Part shown: one piece after another, positions 39,967-49,701 of the stretch
Numbering within the stretch: the stretch's first letter is position 1
Layout of the letters: every line of letters begins with the position of its first letter
DNA from: an uncultured Spirochaetota bacterium
GTDB lineage: Bacteria; Spirochaetota; Spirochaetia; SZUA-6; Fen-1364
DNA length: 64,000 bases
Reading direction: 5' to 3'
Assembly: GCA_963820525.1 (NCBI GenBank)
Contig: CAWGAA010000003.1
Span: 1,014,022-1,078,021 of the forward strand
Program-made: the position numbers and the translations under genes
Notes under the pieces: generated by a model
What the model saw: only the letters and a program-made list of their open reading frames with translations
Database searches by the model: none
What the model was told of the DNA's origin: nothing

Positions 39967-41319
39967 CTATTTCTTCTTCTTGGCGAGGTTGAGCTTGGCG
40001 TATTTCACCAGGTGGACGATGGGCCGCTTGACGTCGCACACATACGTGCAGGCGCCGCACTCCATGCAATCCTTCACCCCGTACGCCTCGGCCTGGGCGA
40101 AGTTGTCTTTTGAGGCGTAATCCGCGATGCGGTTGGGCATGAGGTACATGGGGCAGACCTCGACGCACTTGCCGCATTTGATGCAGGTCGTTTCCCTCTC
40201 CCCGCGGGCCTCCCGGGACAAAACGAGGATGCCGCTTGTGCCCTTGACCACGGGCACATCGAGATTGTACTGGGCAAGCCCCATCATGGGCCCTCCCATG
40301 ACAACCTTTCGATGCCCGTCCCCGGGGTCTCCCTCCGGGATCCCGCCGCAGAAGCCGATGACCTCGGAAAAGGGGGTGCCGATCCGCACCTTCAGGTTCT
40401 TCGCTTCCGTGATGCCGTCTCCGCTTACCGTGAGGATCCTCTCGATGAGAGGCTTGCCCCGTGCCACGGCTTCGAAGATCGCATAGGCGGTTCCCACGTT
40501 CTGGACGATCACGCCCACGTCGAAGGGAAGCCCGCCGCTGGGCACCTCGCGGCCCAGGACGGCCTTGATGAGCTGCTTTTCGGAGCCCTGGGGGTACTTC
40601 ACCTTCAGGGGCACCACCTCGATGGGCGCCCCGAGCGCCCTGCACATCTCCCCCATATGGGCGATGGCGTCGGGCTTGTTCATCTCTATCGCGAGGTGCG
40701 CCTTGGGGAGGCCGAGGATCTTCAGGATGATCCGCACCCCCTCGATGATTCCCTCGGCGCACTCGATCATCAGCCGGTGATCCGCGGTCAGGAATGGCTC
40801 GCATTCCACCCCGTTGATGAGGAGGCTGTCCACCTTCTTTGCGGGAGGAGGGCTGAGCTTCACGTGCGTGGGGAAGGCGGCGCCGCCCAGCCCCACGATT
40901 CCGGCGTCCTTGATCAGGACCCTGATCTCATCCGCGCTGAGCGCGCTCCAGTCCTTGCCCTTCGGCCACGATTCCCGGTCCGCAAGACCGCTTTGCCCGC
41001 CGGCGGCTTCGGGCGCCTCAATGACTATGGAACGGACCGGGTTGGGGACTGCGGGATGGACAAAGGGGGCTATGGCCGTCACTTTGCCCGAGATGCTCGC
41101 GTGGACGGGCACGGATACGAACCCGGTGCTCTCTCCGATCTTCTGGCCGGCCTTCACCTCATCCCCCTCCTTTACCAACGGCTCGCAGGGGGATCCGGTA
41201 TGTTGGAGAAGGGGGATGATGACCTTGCGCGGCAGCGGCATGGCCTCTACGGGCTTCTGCTCCGTGCGATGCTTGTTTTCCGGAGGATGAACTCCTCCCT
41301 TGAATGTTCGTGCTCTCAT
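39967..41319 (-). CDS. rnfC: Rnf complex subunit C
   Basis: GGVHP, GLGGAAFPTHVK, NGVECEPFLTAD, GGPMMG, two 4Fe-4S motifs. Confidence 0.95.
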   Translation of the reverse strand: MRARTFKGGVHPPENKHRTEQKPVEAMPLPRKVIIPLLQHTGSPCEPLVKEGDEVKAGQKIGESTGFVSVPVHASISGKVTAIAPFVHPAVPNPVRSIVIEAPEAAGGQSGLADRESWPKGKDWSALSADEIRVLIKDAGIVGLGGAAFPTHVKLSPPPAKKVDSLLINGVECEPFLTADHRLMIECAEGIIEGVRIILKILGLPKAHLAIEMNKPDAIAHMGEMCRALGAPIEVVPLKVKYPQGSEKQLIKAVLGREVPSGGLPFDVGVIVQNVGTAYAIFEAVARGKPLIERILTVSGDGITEAKNLKVRIGTPFSEVIGFCGGIPEGDPGDGHRKVVMGGPMMGLAQYNLDVPVVKGTSGILVLSREARGERETTCIKCGKCVEVCPMYLMPNRIADYASKDNFAQAEAYGVKDCMECGACTYVCDVKRPIVHLVKYAKLNLAKKKK

Positions 41320-41495
41320 GGATTTTCGCCCCGTATTGTACTCCGCCTCGAGTTTCCGTCAACATAGAAAACCAGGAACGCCGGAAACCCATTATCTACG
41401 ATATCTCGTATCTTCCCGGTAGTTGACTATTTTTGTCAAGTATCGATTTTCCACGATACATGACACACCCCATCAATTCAGCTATTCTCCCCGTC

Positions 41496-41900
41496 ATGGA
41501 AGTAAACATCGAGCGCGATTCGTTCTGCTTCTGCTGCGGAAAAGACAATGAGCGGGGGCTCCATCTCTCCTTCACGTATCCGCGGAATGGAGAGGCTGAA
41601 ACCAGCCTCTCCATTCCAGACTATTTCCAGGGCTGGAGAAAAGTGACCCATGGGGGGTTCCTCTCGACGATACTCGATGAAGTCATGGCTCATGCCTGCC
41701 TCGGCATGGCCCAGACCGCGGTGACCGCGGAAATCTCCGTGAAATTCAAAAAGCCGGTGGAGACGGGCAGCCGGATCAAAGCTGTGGGTACGGCAGTCGA
41801 TATGAAAGGGCGCGTCATCAACACGAAAGGAACAATCTCCAACGAATCGGGAGAACATGTGGCAGAAGCCACCGCCCGATTCGTTATAATCAAGAAATAG
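41496..41900 (+). CDS. PaaI family thioesterase (hotdog fold)
   Basis: CFCCGKDNERGL, HGGFLSTILDEVM. Confidence 0.88.
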   Translation: MEVNIERDSFCFCCGKDNERGLHLSFTYPRNGEAETSLSIPDYFQGWRKVTHGGFLSTILDEVMAHACLGMAQTAVTAEISVKFKKPVETGSRIKAVGTAVDMKGRVINTKGTISNESGEHVAEATARFVIIKK

Positions 41901-41936
41901 GGAACGGCCCCTCGAGGGAAGCCGGCCAAAGTTTTC

Positions 41937-41965
41937 TTGACAACGGCCGGATTTGGCCGTATTCT
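41937..41965 (+). promoter_or_regulatory. Sigma70-type promoter for the PIMT gene
   Basis: TTGACA-17 nt-TATTCT. Confidence 0.55.
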
Positions 41966-42063
41966 TTTGCGGACAAAGATTTGTCGACTCCCGACCGGCG
42001 CCGGCGAGAATTGGGCACTGGCGTTGAGGTATTAATTTCTATGGATCAATTGAGGAAAAGCCC

Positions 42064-43116
42064 GTGTCTGATGATCCGAAACGAGGGCACGTGAAGCGAA
42101 CCATTGCCGCGGCAAGCCTGATCGTTCTGATGTCCGGGCTGGCTACGGGATTTATCCTTGGGGCGGTCGTCCCGGGAAACCTTCCCGGCATGAAACGGGG
42201 CGCCGTTCTCAAGCAGACGCTGTCCCCGGACGCGCAGGATCCCCCCGGCGTACCCTCGAACGCAACCACGGTTGTGATCCCCCCCCAGGAAATGGAACAG
42301 GCCCCGCCGTCCGGCAAGGAAACGGCGGAAGCGGCTCATGACGGCTACGATCCCAGCGCCCACATCGGGGAGCTGCCGGTGAGCTCGGAGGACGCCTTCG
42401 TCGCGTGGATGCTCAAGCATACCCAGGAGAGCCGGGAATACTTAGAGAAACGCTGGAAGCTGTCGCAGAGGTACATCAAGTCGGGAGAGCTTCAAGGGGA
42501 AGCAATCGAGGCGTTTCTGCGCACCCCGCGTGAGCTCTTCGTGAGGGAGAAGAACTTGAGCCGGGCCTACGACGACATCTGGCTTCCCATCGGATACGGC
42601 GCCACTATTACGGACCCCGACGTTGTTTCGATGATGACCACGACGCTGGCCGTCAAGCCTCAGCACAAGGTGCTGGAGATCGGCACCGGATCCGGCTATC
42701 AATCCGCCATTCTCTCTTTCCTCACCAAGCAGGTGTACTCCATCGAGATCATCGAGCCCCTCTATGTGGAGACAAATGATCTCTACAAGGCCCTGGAGGG
42801 GGAGTACCCGAGCTTTGCCAACATACGGCGCAAGCTTGGCGACGGATTCTACGGCTGGGAGAAGTACGCGCCATTCGACCGTATCATCGTCACCTGTTCG
42901 ATCGATCACCTTCCCCCTCCCCTGATCAAGCAGCTGTCGCCGAACGGGATCATGGTGGTTCCCCTGGGCCCCCCGGGAAGGCAATATATTATGGAAGTGA
43001 AAAAAACGGTGGATCCCGATGGGACTATTCACCTAACGCGAAGAGACGTGTATAATGGGCTCTCGGTGCAGTTCATTCCATTCAGAAACGAGGAGGGCAA
43101 AAGCTACAGCAATTAA
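42064..43116 (+). CDS. pcm: Protein-L-isoaspartate O-methyltransferase with N-terminal hydrophobic/signal extension
   Basis: PIGYGATITDP, KVLEIGTGSGYQSA, YSIEII, GDGFYGW..YAPFDRIIVT, QL...GIMVVPLG; alternative GTG start at 42091. Confidence 0.85.
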   Translation: MSDDPKRGHVKRTIAAASLIVLMSGLATGFILGAVVPGNLPGMKRGAVLKQTLSPDAQDPPGVPSNATTVVIPPQEMEQAPPSGKETAEAAHDGYDPSAHIGELPVSSEDAFVAWMLKHTQESREYLEKRWKLSQRYIKSGELQGEAIEAFLRTPRELFVREKNLSRAYDDIWLPIGYGATITDPDVVSMMTTTLAVKPQHKVLEIGTGSGYQSAILSFLTKQVYSIEIIEPLYVETNDLYKALEGEYPSFANIRRKLGDGFYGWEKYAPFDRIIVTCSIDHLPPPLIKQLSPNGIMVVPLGPPGRQYIMEVKKTVDPDGTIHLTRRDVYNGLSVQFIPFRNEEGKSYSN

Positions 43117-43172
43117 GGCCGCGCGATGACGTTTATTGTGCTCGAAAAAAGGACGACAATAGAGTAGAGATC

Positions 43173-44810
43173 ATGATCAAGCGATTCCTTTTGAATCAGA
43201 GGATCTATAGGCGAATGAGCCCCCTTTTCAACCACGGAGGGCTGAACCCCCGTCTCCTGACGGCGGCCTCCACCATGGCGCGGACCGTTCTGCGGCGGGT
43301 CCGGGATGTCGTGCATGCCCGGCAGTTTCTCCCCGTGGCGGGCGGCTCGCTTTTTCTCGCCGCCTCGATAGCCCTCTGCGTGCTGCTGATCCCCTCGAAG
43401 GGCGCCTCTCCCCTCCCCCTGGCTCCATCGGTCGCTTCGGTGGAGGCGGTCGACGCCAGAAACTCCACTCCCCGTGGAAGCGGCGTTGCAAGCTTCTCCC
43501 GGGACCAGGACGTCGAGTACACGGTCCTCGACGGGCAGACCTTCTCCGAAATCGCGTACCTCTACAAGATCAACGTCGACAAGCTCGCGATGTACAACCA
43601 CATCGCGGACATCAACAAGATCAAGGAAGGCATGACCATCATCATTCCCTCGGAAGCGGCCGAGAAAAAGATCGCGGTCAACGCCACGCTGGAGGCTCCC
43701 ACCCTCACCCCCGCCAGCAACCCCTCCAAGCTCAGAATCTCCTCCGTGCCCCTGAAGATAGAGGCGGAGCAGCAGTTCGACGGAATGGCCGTGACCGCCC
43801 ACTTCTCCGTGGAGTCTCCGCCGAACGTCAACCTCACGCGCTTCGAATGGGACCTGGGCAATGGCAGAAAATCCTTCCGCCCCACCACGTTCTGGACCTA
43901 TGACTCTCCGGGCACCTACACGGTGAGCCTCAAGGCGGCGGACGCGGACGGCCGGCAGTACGACGCCGATGAGGTGTTCATCGACGTTCCCCATCCCACC
44001 ACCTACCAGAACACCCTGCAGCAGTTCCTCACCCTGGAGAATCTCGAGCGGACCTTCACGGTGCGCGGCAAGATCACGGATGTGATCCATTACGACGGCA
44101 GGCCGGACTCGCCCATCACGGAGGTGAGCTCCAACGCCGACGGCACAAGCTACAGGGCCACGCGGCCGGGGTACTTCAGCCTCGAGGTTGAGAAGGACGA
44201 TGCTATCCACCACGTCTACGTCTTTGTCAGCCCCGTTGACACCAAGCATTCGGACCGTACGGACCTCAATTGGTACCGCACCCAGTTCAACACGGGCACC
44301 CAGTCCAACTGCGGGCCCGCCGTGGCTTCAATGGCCATTTCCTGGGCAACGGGAGAATACGTGGCCGTCTCCACCGTCCGCCAAGAGATCGGCTGGACCG
44401 GAAACGGCAGCACGAGCTTCGAGGACATCATCGCGCAGATCAAGACGCACGGCGTGGTCTCCCGGCTCGTTAGCGTGAGCTCGTCCCAAGACCTCTTCGA
44501 CATCATAGACCGCGGCAACATCGCCATCATCCTCTACAACAGCGGCGGCCCCCGCTTCACGCGGGGCCACCCGGCGGATGACTTCTTCGGCCGCTACTAC
44601 TACGACGCCGTGGGACACTACGTGGTCATCAAGGGCTATTCCCGGGACGGGCAGTACCTCGTCACCTATGATCCCATCCCCAGCGACTGGGGCAGCAACA
44701 GCTTCCGCTACGGCGACGGCATCAGCATGATCGGCAGAAACCGCTATTACGGGACCAAGGAGCTGTTCGGAGCGCTGCGCAGGTGGGACGTCATCGAGAT
44801 CATGCGCTAG
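43173..44810 (+). CDS. Exported LysM + PKD + C39-like cysteine peptidase protein
   Basis: TM; YTVLDGQTFSEIA..YKINVDKLAMYN (LysM); WDLGNG...YDSPGTYTVSL (PKD); QSNCGPA, GHYVVIKGY, YDP (C39-like); true start uncertain. Confidence 0.75.
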   Translation: MIKRFLLNQRIYRRMSPLFNHGGLNPRLLTAASTMARTVLRRVRDVVHARQFLPVAGGSLFLAASIALCVLLIPSKGASPLPLAPSVASVEAVDARNSTPRGSGVASFSRDQDVEYTVLDGQTFSEIAYLYKINVDKLAMYNHIADINKIKEGMTIIIPSEAAEKKIAVNATLEAPTLTPASNPSKLRISSVPLKIEAEQQFDGMAVTAHFSVESPPNVNLTRFEWDLGNGRKSFRPTTFWTYDSPGTYTVSLKAADADGRQYDADEVFIDVPHPTTYQNTLQQFLTLENLERTFTVRGKITDVIHYDGRPDSPITEVSSNADGTSYRATRPGYFSLEVEKDDAIHHVYVFVSPVDTKHSDRTDLNWYRTQFNTGTQSNCGPAVASMAISWATGEYVAVSTVRQEIGWTGNGSTSFEDIIAQIKTHGVVSRLVSVSSSQDLFDIIDRGNIAIILYNSGGPRFTRGHPADDFFGRYYYDAVGHYVVIKGYSRDGQYLVTYDPIPSDWGSNSFRYGDGISMIGRNRYYGTKELFGALRRWDVIEIMR

Positions 44811-47305
44811 ATCTCGTTCACCGGAAACAACAGGCCAACGACCCCATAGACCACGATAACCCCGATCAGGAGCACATTGAAGCCGGCGGACACGGTGAGG
44901 GTCCAGGCCAGGGCCGTGCCGGCCACAGATAGCCCACCGTTCATCCCCCAGGCCCACGGAAGCAGCCCCGGCCTGTGCTCGCTCAGCGCGTCAAGCCCGT
45001 CGGGAAACGGCACGCCCATGAAGAAGGCGCAGGGGGCGATCGCGGCCACCGAGATCAGGATCCGTACGATCATGCTCTGGTCACGGAAGTGCGACAGCAC
45101 CTGGGACAGCCCGAAGATATAGAAGACGGCCATCGCCACGATTGCCGCGCACGCGATGCGAACAACGACGCGCCGGGCGCTGGACAGCCTGCTGGCAACC
45201 AGGTTTCCCACGCCGGAGAGAATCAGCATGCAGGTGATGACGATGGAAACCGAGAAGATCGGGTCCGTCAGGATGAACACCAGGCGCTGGATCAGGAAGA
45301 CCTCGACCATCATGTAGCCCAGCCCCAGGCAGGCAAAGTAGAAGATGACCCCCACGGTGCCTCGACGACGCTTGAACAGCTCCTTCCAACGGCCGATCAC
45401 CGGCATGAGGATGACCAGGAGCCCGAGCACAATGGCCTGGGCGAGAATCCCCAGCTGAAGCAGGAAACCCCAATCCTCGCTCACGTCCTGGATCTGGTCC
45501 AGGTACATGAAGACCGAGGCGAGCTTGAGAAAACCCGTGTAGTAGGGGCGATAATCGTGCATGGGCCGGATGTCGAAGACGTAGCCGCGGTAGAGCTGCT
45601 CCTGCCGCCCGGCGAGCAATTCCTCGAGGGCGAGGTGGTAGAAGTCGCTGGGGCTGAAATCCAGGTTCTCTGTGGGCTGCTCATTGTTTTGGAAATGCCG
45701 TTGATAGGTGCCGAGGATCAGGGAGAGGTCCTTTGTGCTCTTCTCCATCGACGGGCTGTAGTCCAGGGTGAAGGACTTCTGCCTGGCGAAGCTGGAAAGG
45801 TCGTAGATCTCCCCTGAGGTGAAGTCCGTTTTCTTGACGAGGATCGTCGCGGTTGAGAGGAAGAGGTCGAACATGAAGATCCTGTTCTCGGGATGCTCGA
45901 CCCCCTGCATCCGCAGGGAGGTGACCACGGTGGAAAGAAGCTTCAGGACGTTTCGGGGCGGGTTCAAGCGGTTCCATACCGTGATGGAGAGGACCCCATT
46001 GTCCTTGAGGCTGTTCATGTACTCCGTGATGGCTTCCGCCGTGTAGGTATAGTTCTCCTGGACGGGATAGCCGCCGCTGTCCGACAACCCGATCGAATCG
46101 ATGAGGCTGATCTCCACCAGATCGTAGGCAGAGGAATTCTGCACGCAATGGGCCCGAGCCTCTCCCAAGCGCACGTCGATAAGGGGGTCGCGGAAGAGAT
46201 TTCCCGTGAAGACCGCGATGCGCGGGTCGTCCCTCATGAGCCGCAGAAGATCCGAGTTCTGCTCCATCACCGTGACCTTGCGGGCGCCCTTGGCCTTGGC
46301 CACCTGGGCGCTGATGCCCCCGGCCAGGTTCACCACGAGCACGCGCGGCTCGTTGAGGATGGCGTAGGGGGCCGCCATGGGCAGGAAATCGGCGTACTCC
46401 GCCTCATTGCCCTGCATCTTTCCCATGATGCCGATGGGGCCGTTGCCGTCGACGTACAGGCCCCAGAACGGCTGCGTCGGCAGGGTGTCGAGCTTGATGA
46501 TCGCCACGTCGCTCAGCCCGGGGGCGAAGTGAAAGGAGGGGCTGGCGAAGACCGTCATCTCTCCCACGGGGCTGAAGGAACGGTGCACCGTGGTCATGTC
46601 GGGATACTTGCGAACGTAGCTGATGGCCTTGTACTCGGAGACGCGGATGTCGCCCCAGAGGAACATTGCGGCCAGGGACGCGGCGAGGCATGCCGTGGAT
46701 GCGACGAGGATGCCAGCCTGAATCTCCAGCTTGCGGGTGGACTCGTTTCGCGTGAGAGCGCACAGGATGTTGGCAGCGAAGGCGATGAGGAGCACGGGGA
46801 TCACGAGGCTGTCGGGGGGAAGCACGTACATCAGGAGCAGGATGAGGAGCCCCCCGAGGCCGCTTCCCAGCATGTTCCAGAAGTAGATCTGGTGGATCCG
46901 GGACTCCAAGGCGATGAAGGACAGCCCGATGAAAAGGGCGCCGAAGAAGAAAGGCACCCCATAGCAGATGTAGTACCCCGCCAGCCAGAGGATCTGGTCG
47001 GGATCCGAGCCGATGAAAATGGGGCTGAAGGGGATGAACTGCCCGACGATGTGGCCCAACGCCATGGTCGGCACGAAGAGCATGCCGGAATAGATCATCC
47101 AGGAGTCGATTCGCTTTCGAATCCGGGAGATGACGAACGTGAGGAGGGTGCCGGAGACGCCGAAGCCGAGCAGGGCTGTAGAGATCACAAGCGAGCCGAA
47201 GGTGGACCAGTTGCCCACCGAGAAGACCCTCATGATGGAAAGCTCGTAGGCGATGAGCGCGATGGACAGCAGGAACACGGATGAGAGCTTCAGCTTGTTT
47301 TCCAT
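44807..47305 (-). CDS. Large membrane protein with a central spermidine-synthase/SAM-methyltransferase-like domain
   Basis: N- and C-terminal TM bundles; VLVVNLAGG, YDLVEISLIDS, ENYTYTAEA, YFACLGLGYMMVE, PWAWGMNG. Confidence 0.8.
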   Translation of the reverse strand: MENKLKLSSVFLLSIALIAYELSIMRVFSVGNWSTFGSLVISTALLGFGVSGTLLTFVISRIRKRIDSWMIYSGMLFVPTMALGHIVGQFIPFSPIFIGSDPDQILWLAGYYICYGVPFFFGALFIGLSFIALESRIHQIYFWNMLGSGLGGLLILLLMYVLPPDSLVIPVLLIAFAANILCALTRNESTRKLEIQAGILVASTACLAASLAAMFLWGDIRVSEYKAISYVRKYPDMTTVHRSFSPVGEMTVFASPSFHFAPGLSDVAIIKLDTLPTQPFWGLYVDGNGPIGIMGKMQGNEAEYADFLPMAAPYAILNEPRVLVVNLAGGISAQVAKAKGARKVTVMEQNSDLLRLMRDDPRIAVFTGNLFRDPLIDVRLGEARAHCVQNSSAYDLVEISLIDSIGLSDSGGYPVQENYTYTAEAITEYMNSLKDNGVLSITVWNRLNPPRNVLKLLSTVVTSLRMQGVEHPENRIFMFDLFLSTATILVKKTDFTSGEIYDLSSFARQKSFTLDYSPSMEKSTKDLSLILGTYQRHFQNNEQPTENLDFSPSDFYHLALEELLAGRQEQLYRGYVFDIRPMHDYRPYYTGFLKLASVFMYLDQIQDVSEDWGFLLQLGILAQAIVLGLLVILMPVIGRWKELFKRRRGTVGVIFYFACLGLGYMMVEVFLIQRLVFILTDPIFSVSIVITCMLILSGVGNLVASRLSSARRVVVRIACAAIVAMAVFYIFGLSQVLSHFRDQSMIVRILISVAAIAPCAFFMGVPFPDGLDALSEHRPGLLPWAWGMNGGLSVAGTALAWTLTVSAGFNVLLIGVIVVYGVVGLLFPVNEI

Positions 47306-47430
47306 AGGCGTCGTTGTTGGCAAGGATTCTAGAAGGGCATGGAGCCCGCTGTCAAGGACCGGCGAGTTTTTTTTCGCGAGCCCGTGAGGCGGCGGCAGCG
47401 GCGCGCGGGCCTCGATGTGAGGTGGCTGGC

Positions 47431-47466
47431 ATGTACATCGACTACGTTCGGTGGTATCAAGAAGGA
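47431..47466 (+). pseudogene. C-terminal relic of a GH16 paralog
   Basis: MYIDYVRWYQ; DNA closely resembles the 3' end ([12 protein letters not shown]) of the GH16 gene downstream. Confidence 0.55.
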
Positions 47467-47513
47467 CGAGAACGGCCGGCCCTCCATGCGCCGGCCGCCA
47501 GAAGGAGAGCTCG

Positions 47514-48383
47514 ATGAGAAACCTGGCTTCACTTGCCCCCTTGGCGGTCCTCGTTCTCGTGGCACCCGGGATCATGACGGCCTACGGCGATTCGGCCCTG
47601 GCGAAGGATTCGCGGGCGAGCAATTGGGACCTGTCCGGCTGGCACCTCTGCTGGAGCGACGAGTTCGACGGTTCCACCCTGAACCCTTCGAACTGGACGG
47701 CGGATATCGGCGACGGCTCGCCCCAGATCCCGGGCTGGGGCAATGCGGAGAGCCAGTACTACACGGCCAGGCCGGAGAATCTCTCGATAGTGCAAGACGG
47801 ATCCATCAGAGTCCTCAGGATAAGGGCGATGAGCGAGCGCCACCAGGGCAAGTACTACACCTCCGCCCGGATCACTACCGAGGGCAAGCGCTCGTTCCAG
47901 TTCGGCCGCGTTGAGGCCAGGATCAAGCTCCCGCAGGGAAAAGGGCTCTGGCCCGCGTTCTGGATGATGGGAGACTCGTTCTCCACGGTGGGGTGGCCGG
48001 CCTGCGGAGAGATCGACATCGTAGAGATGAGGGGCGGCGACGACGGGACCATATCCGGGACCATGCATTGGAAGAACGCAGAGGGAAACCTCTCCTCCTC
48101 GATCCCCGGCGTGGCGAGGCTGGACTCGGGAGTGTTCGCAGACCGCTACCACCTCTTCGGCATCGAATGGAACGACAAGACCATCGGCTGGTATCTCGAT
48201 GGAAAGCAGTATGTTTCCCAGACTCTCGACGATCCCGAGCGCGAGGAGTTTCGAAACGGCAAGTTCTTCATCCTCATCAACCTCGCTGTGGGCGGCAGCT
48301 TCCTCGGCAACCAGATTCCCCCAATAGGCTTCAAGGAAGAAAGCATGTACGTGGATTGGGTGAGGTGGTACAAGAAGGACTGA
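47514..48383 (+). CDS. Glycoside hydrolase family 16 (laminarinase-type beta-1,3-glucanase)
   Basis: [27 protein letters not shown], catalytic EIDIVE, NLAVGG; signal peptide. Confidence 0.92.
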   Translation: MRNLASLAPLAVLVLVAPGIMTAYGDSALAKDSRASNWDLSGWHLCWSDEFDGSTLNPSNWTADIGDGSPQIPGWGNAESQYYTARPENLSIVQDGSIRVLRIRAMSERHQGKYYTSARITTEGKRSFQFGRVEARIKLPQGKGLWPAFWMMGDSFSTVGWPACGEIDIVEMRGGDDGTISGTMHWKNAEGNLSSSIPGVARLDSGVFADRYHLFGIEWNDKTIGWYLDGKQYVSQTLDDPEREEFRNGKFFILINLAVGGSFLGNQIPPIGFKEESMYVDWVRWYKKD

Positions 48384-48438
48384 AAAGCATCCCTCCGCGG
48401 TCCCGGTCTTGGGCTACGGTAGCCGCCGGTTGCAGAGC

Positions 48439-49653
48439 ATGCGAGCGATCGAAGTCGAAAGGCTCACGCGGCATTTCCGCTACTACCAGAAACAGGAAGG
48501 GCTTTCCGGCTCCCTGAAAAACCTTCTGCGGCGCAAGGCGCTGGTCCGCGAGGCCGTGAGGGGCGTCTCATTCTCCATTGGAGACGGGGAGATTGTCGGG
48601 TTTCTGGGGCCCAACGGCGCGGGAAAGACCACCACGCTGAAAATGCGCGGGAGTCCTTCGCGCTCAACCGCGCAATCTACGAGATCGACGCTGCTGATTA
48701 CGCGAAGGTCCTTGGCGAGCTTGTCGAGCTCTTCGGTATTGGAGGCATCCTGGGGGTCCAGGTCAGGAGGCTTTCGCTGGGGGAGCGCATGAAGATGGAG
48801 ATCGTCGCCGCCCTCCTGCACCGGCCGAAAGTCCTCTTCCTCGACGAGCCGACTATCGGCCTCGACCTCCTCTCACAGCGCGCCATTCGGGACTTGATAA
48901 AAACGCTGAACGAGCGCTACCGCACCACGGTGATGCTCACCAGCCACTACCTCTCCGACATCGAAGAGCTCTGCCCCCGCGGTCCTCTACGTCGTGGTCA
49001 CCTACCGCGCGGGAAGGCGGATCGCCGGCTTTTCCCCTGACGAGATCCTCGTGTTCGTGGGAACATTCGTCCTTGTCACCGGCTTCTACGCCGGGGTCTT
49101 CATGATGAACCTGTTCCAGCTCTCCCAGCTCGTGCGCGATGGTTCCTTCGACACACTCATGACCAAGCCGGTATCCCTTCAGTTCATGGCCACCTTCAGG
49201 CGATCCGATATCGGCATATTCCTCATCGACGCGATCGCGGGCTTCGTGATGGTGGCGATAGGCCTCGCGCGCGCGGGCGCCGCCCTGGACGCGCTTCGGG
49301 CGGGCGGATACGCGCTTTTCATCGCCTCCGGCGCGGCGGTCGGCTACGCCTTGTACCTCATCCCCCAGTCCCTCGTGTTTCGTCTCGTCAACACGGCCGC
49401 CATCGCCGAGCTCACGGATTCTTTCTGGGACTTCAACAACGTGCCCATGATCGTCTATGGAAGGGTGGAGCGGGCGATCGGCACGTTCGTCATCCCCATG
49501 TTCGTCGTCACGAGCTTTCCCGCCCTCTTCGCGCTGGGCAGGCTGAGCCCCCTCTTCATGGTCTGGGGCGTCGCCGCGCCGTTCATCTTTCTCGGGATTG
49601 CCCGCCTGAGCTGGAGGTCGGGCGTGAGGAACTACACGAGCGCGAGCGGGTAA
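48439..49653 (+). pseudogene. Degraded ABC-2 type exporter operon (ATPase plus DUF990-like permease fragments)
   Basis: GPNGAGKTT, then frame break at about 48645; [13 protein letters not shown] in a second frame; break at about 48980 into a permease lacking its N-terminus (VRDGSFDTLMTKPV...YTSASG). Confidence 0.75.
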
Positions 49654-49701
49654 GGGTGCGCCGCGCTGCGGGGGCGCCCACCGCCCGGCGCCGCTCGCAT
49701 G

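Noticed and set aside
36362..40804. Apparent long fusions for rnfB, rnfG and rnfD in the ORF track
   Set aside because: The upstream extensions overlap neighbouring rnf genes out of frame; true starts are 37237, 38981 and 39952.
42064..44810. RiPP cluster (PIMT-like methyltransferase plus C39)
   Set aside because: No precursor peptide, cyclase, ATP-grasp enzyme or ABC exporter nearby; the C39-like domain is fused to LysM/PKD instead.
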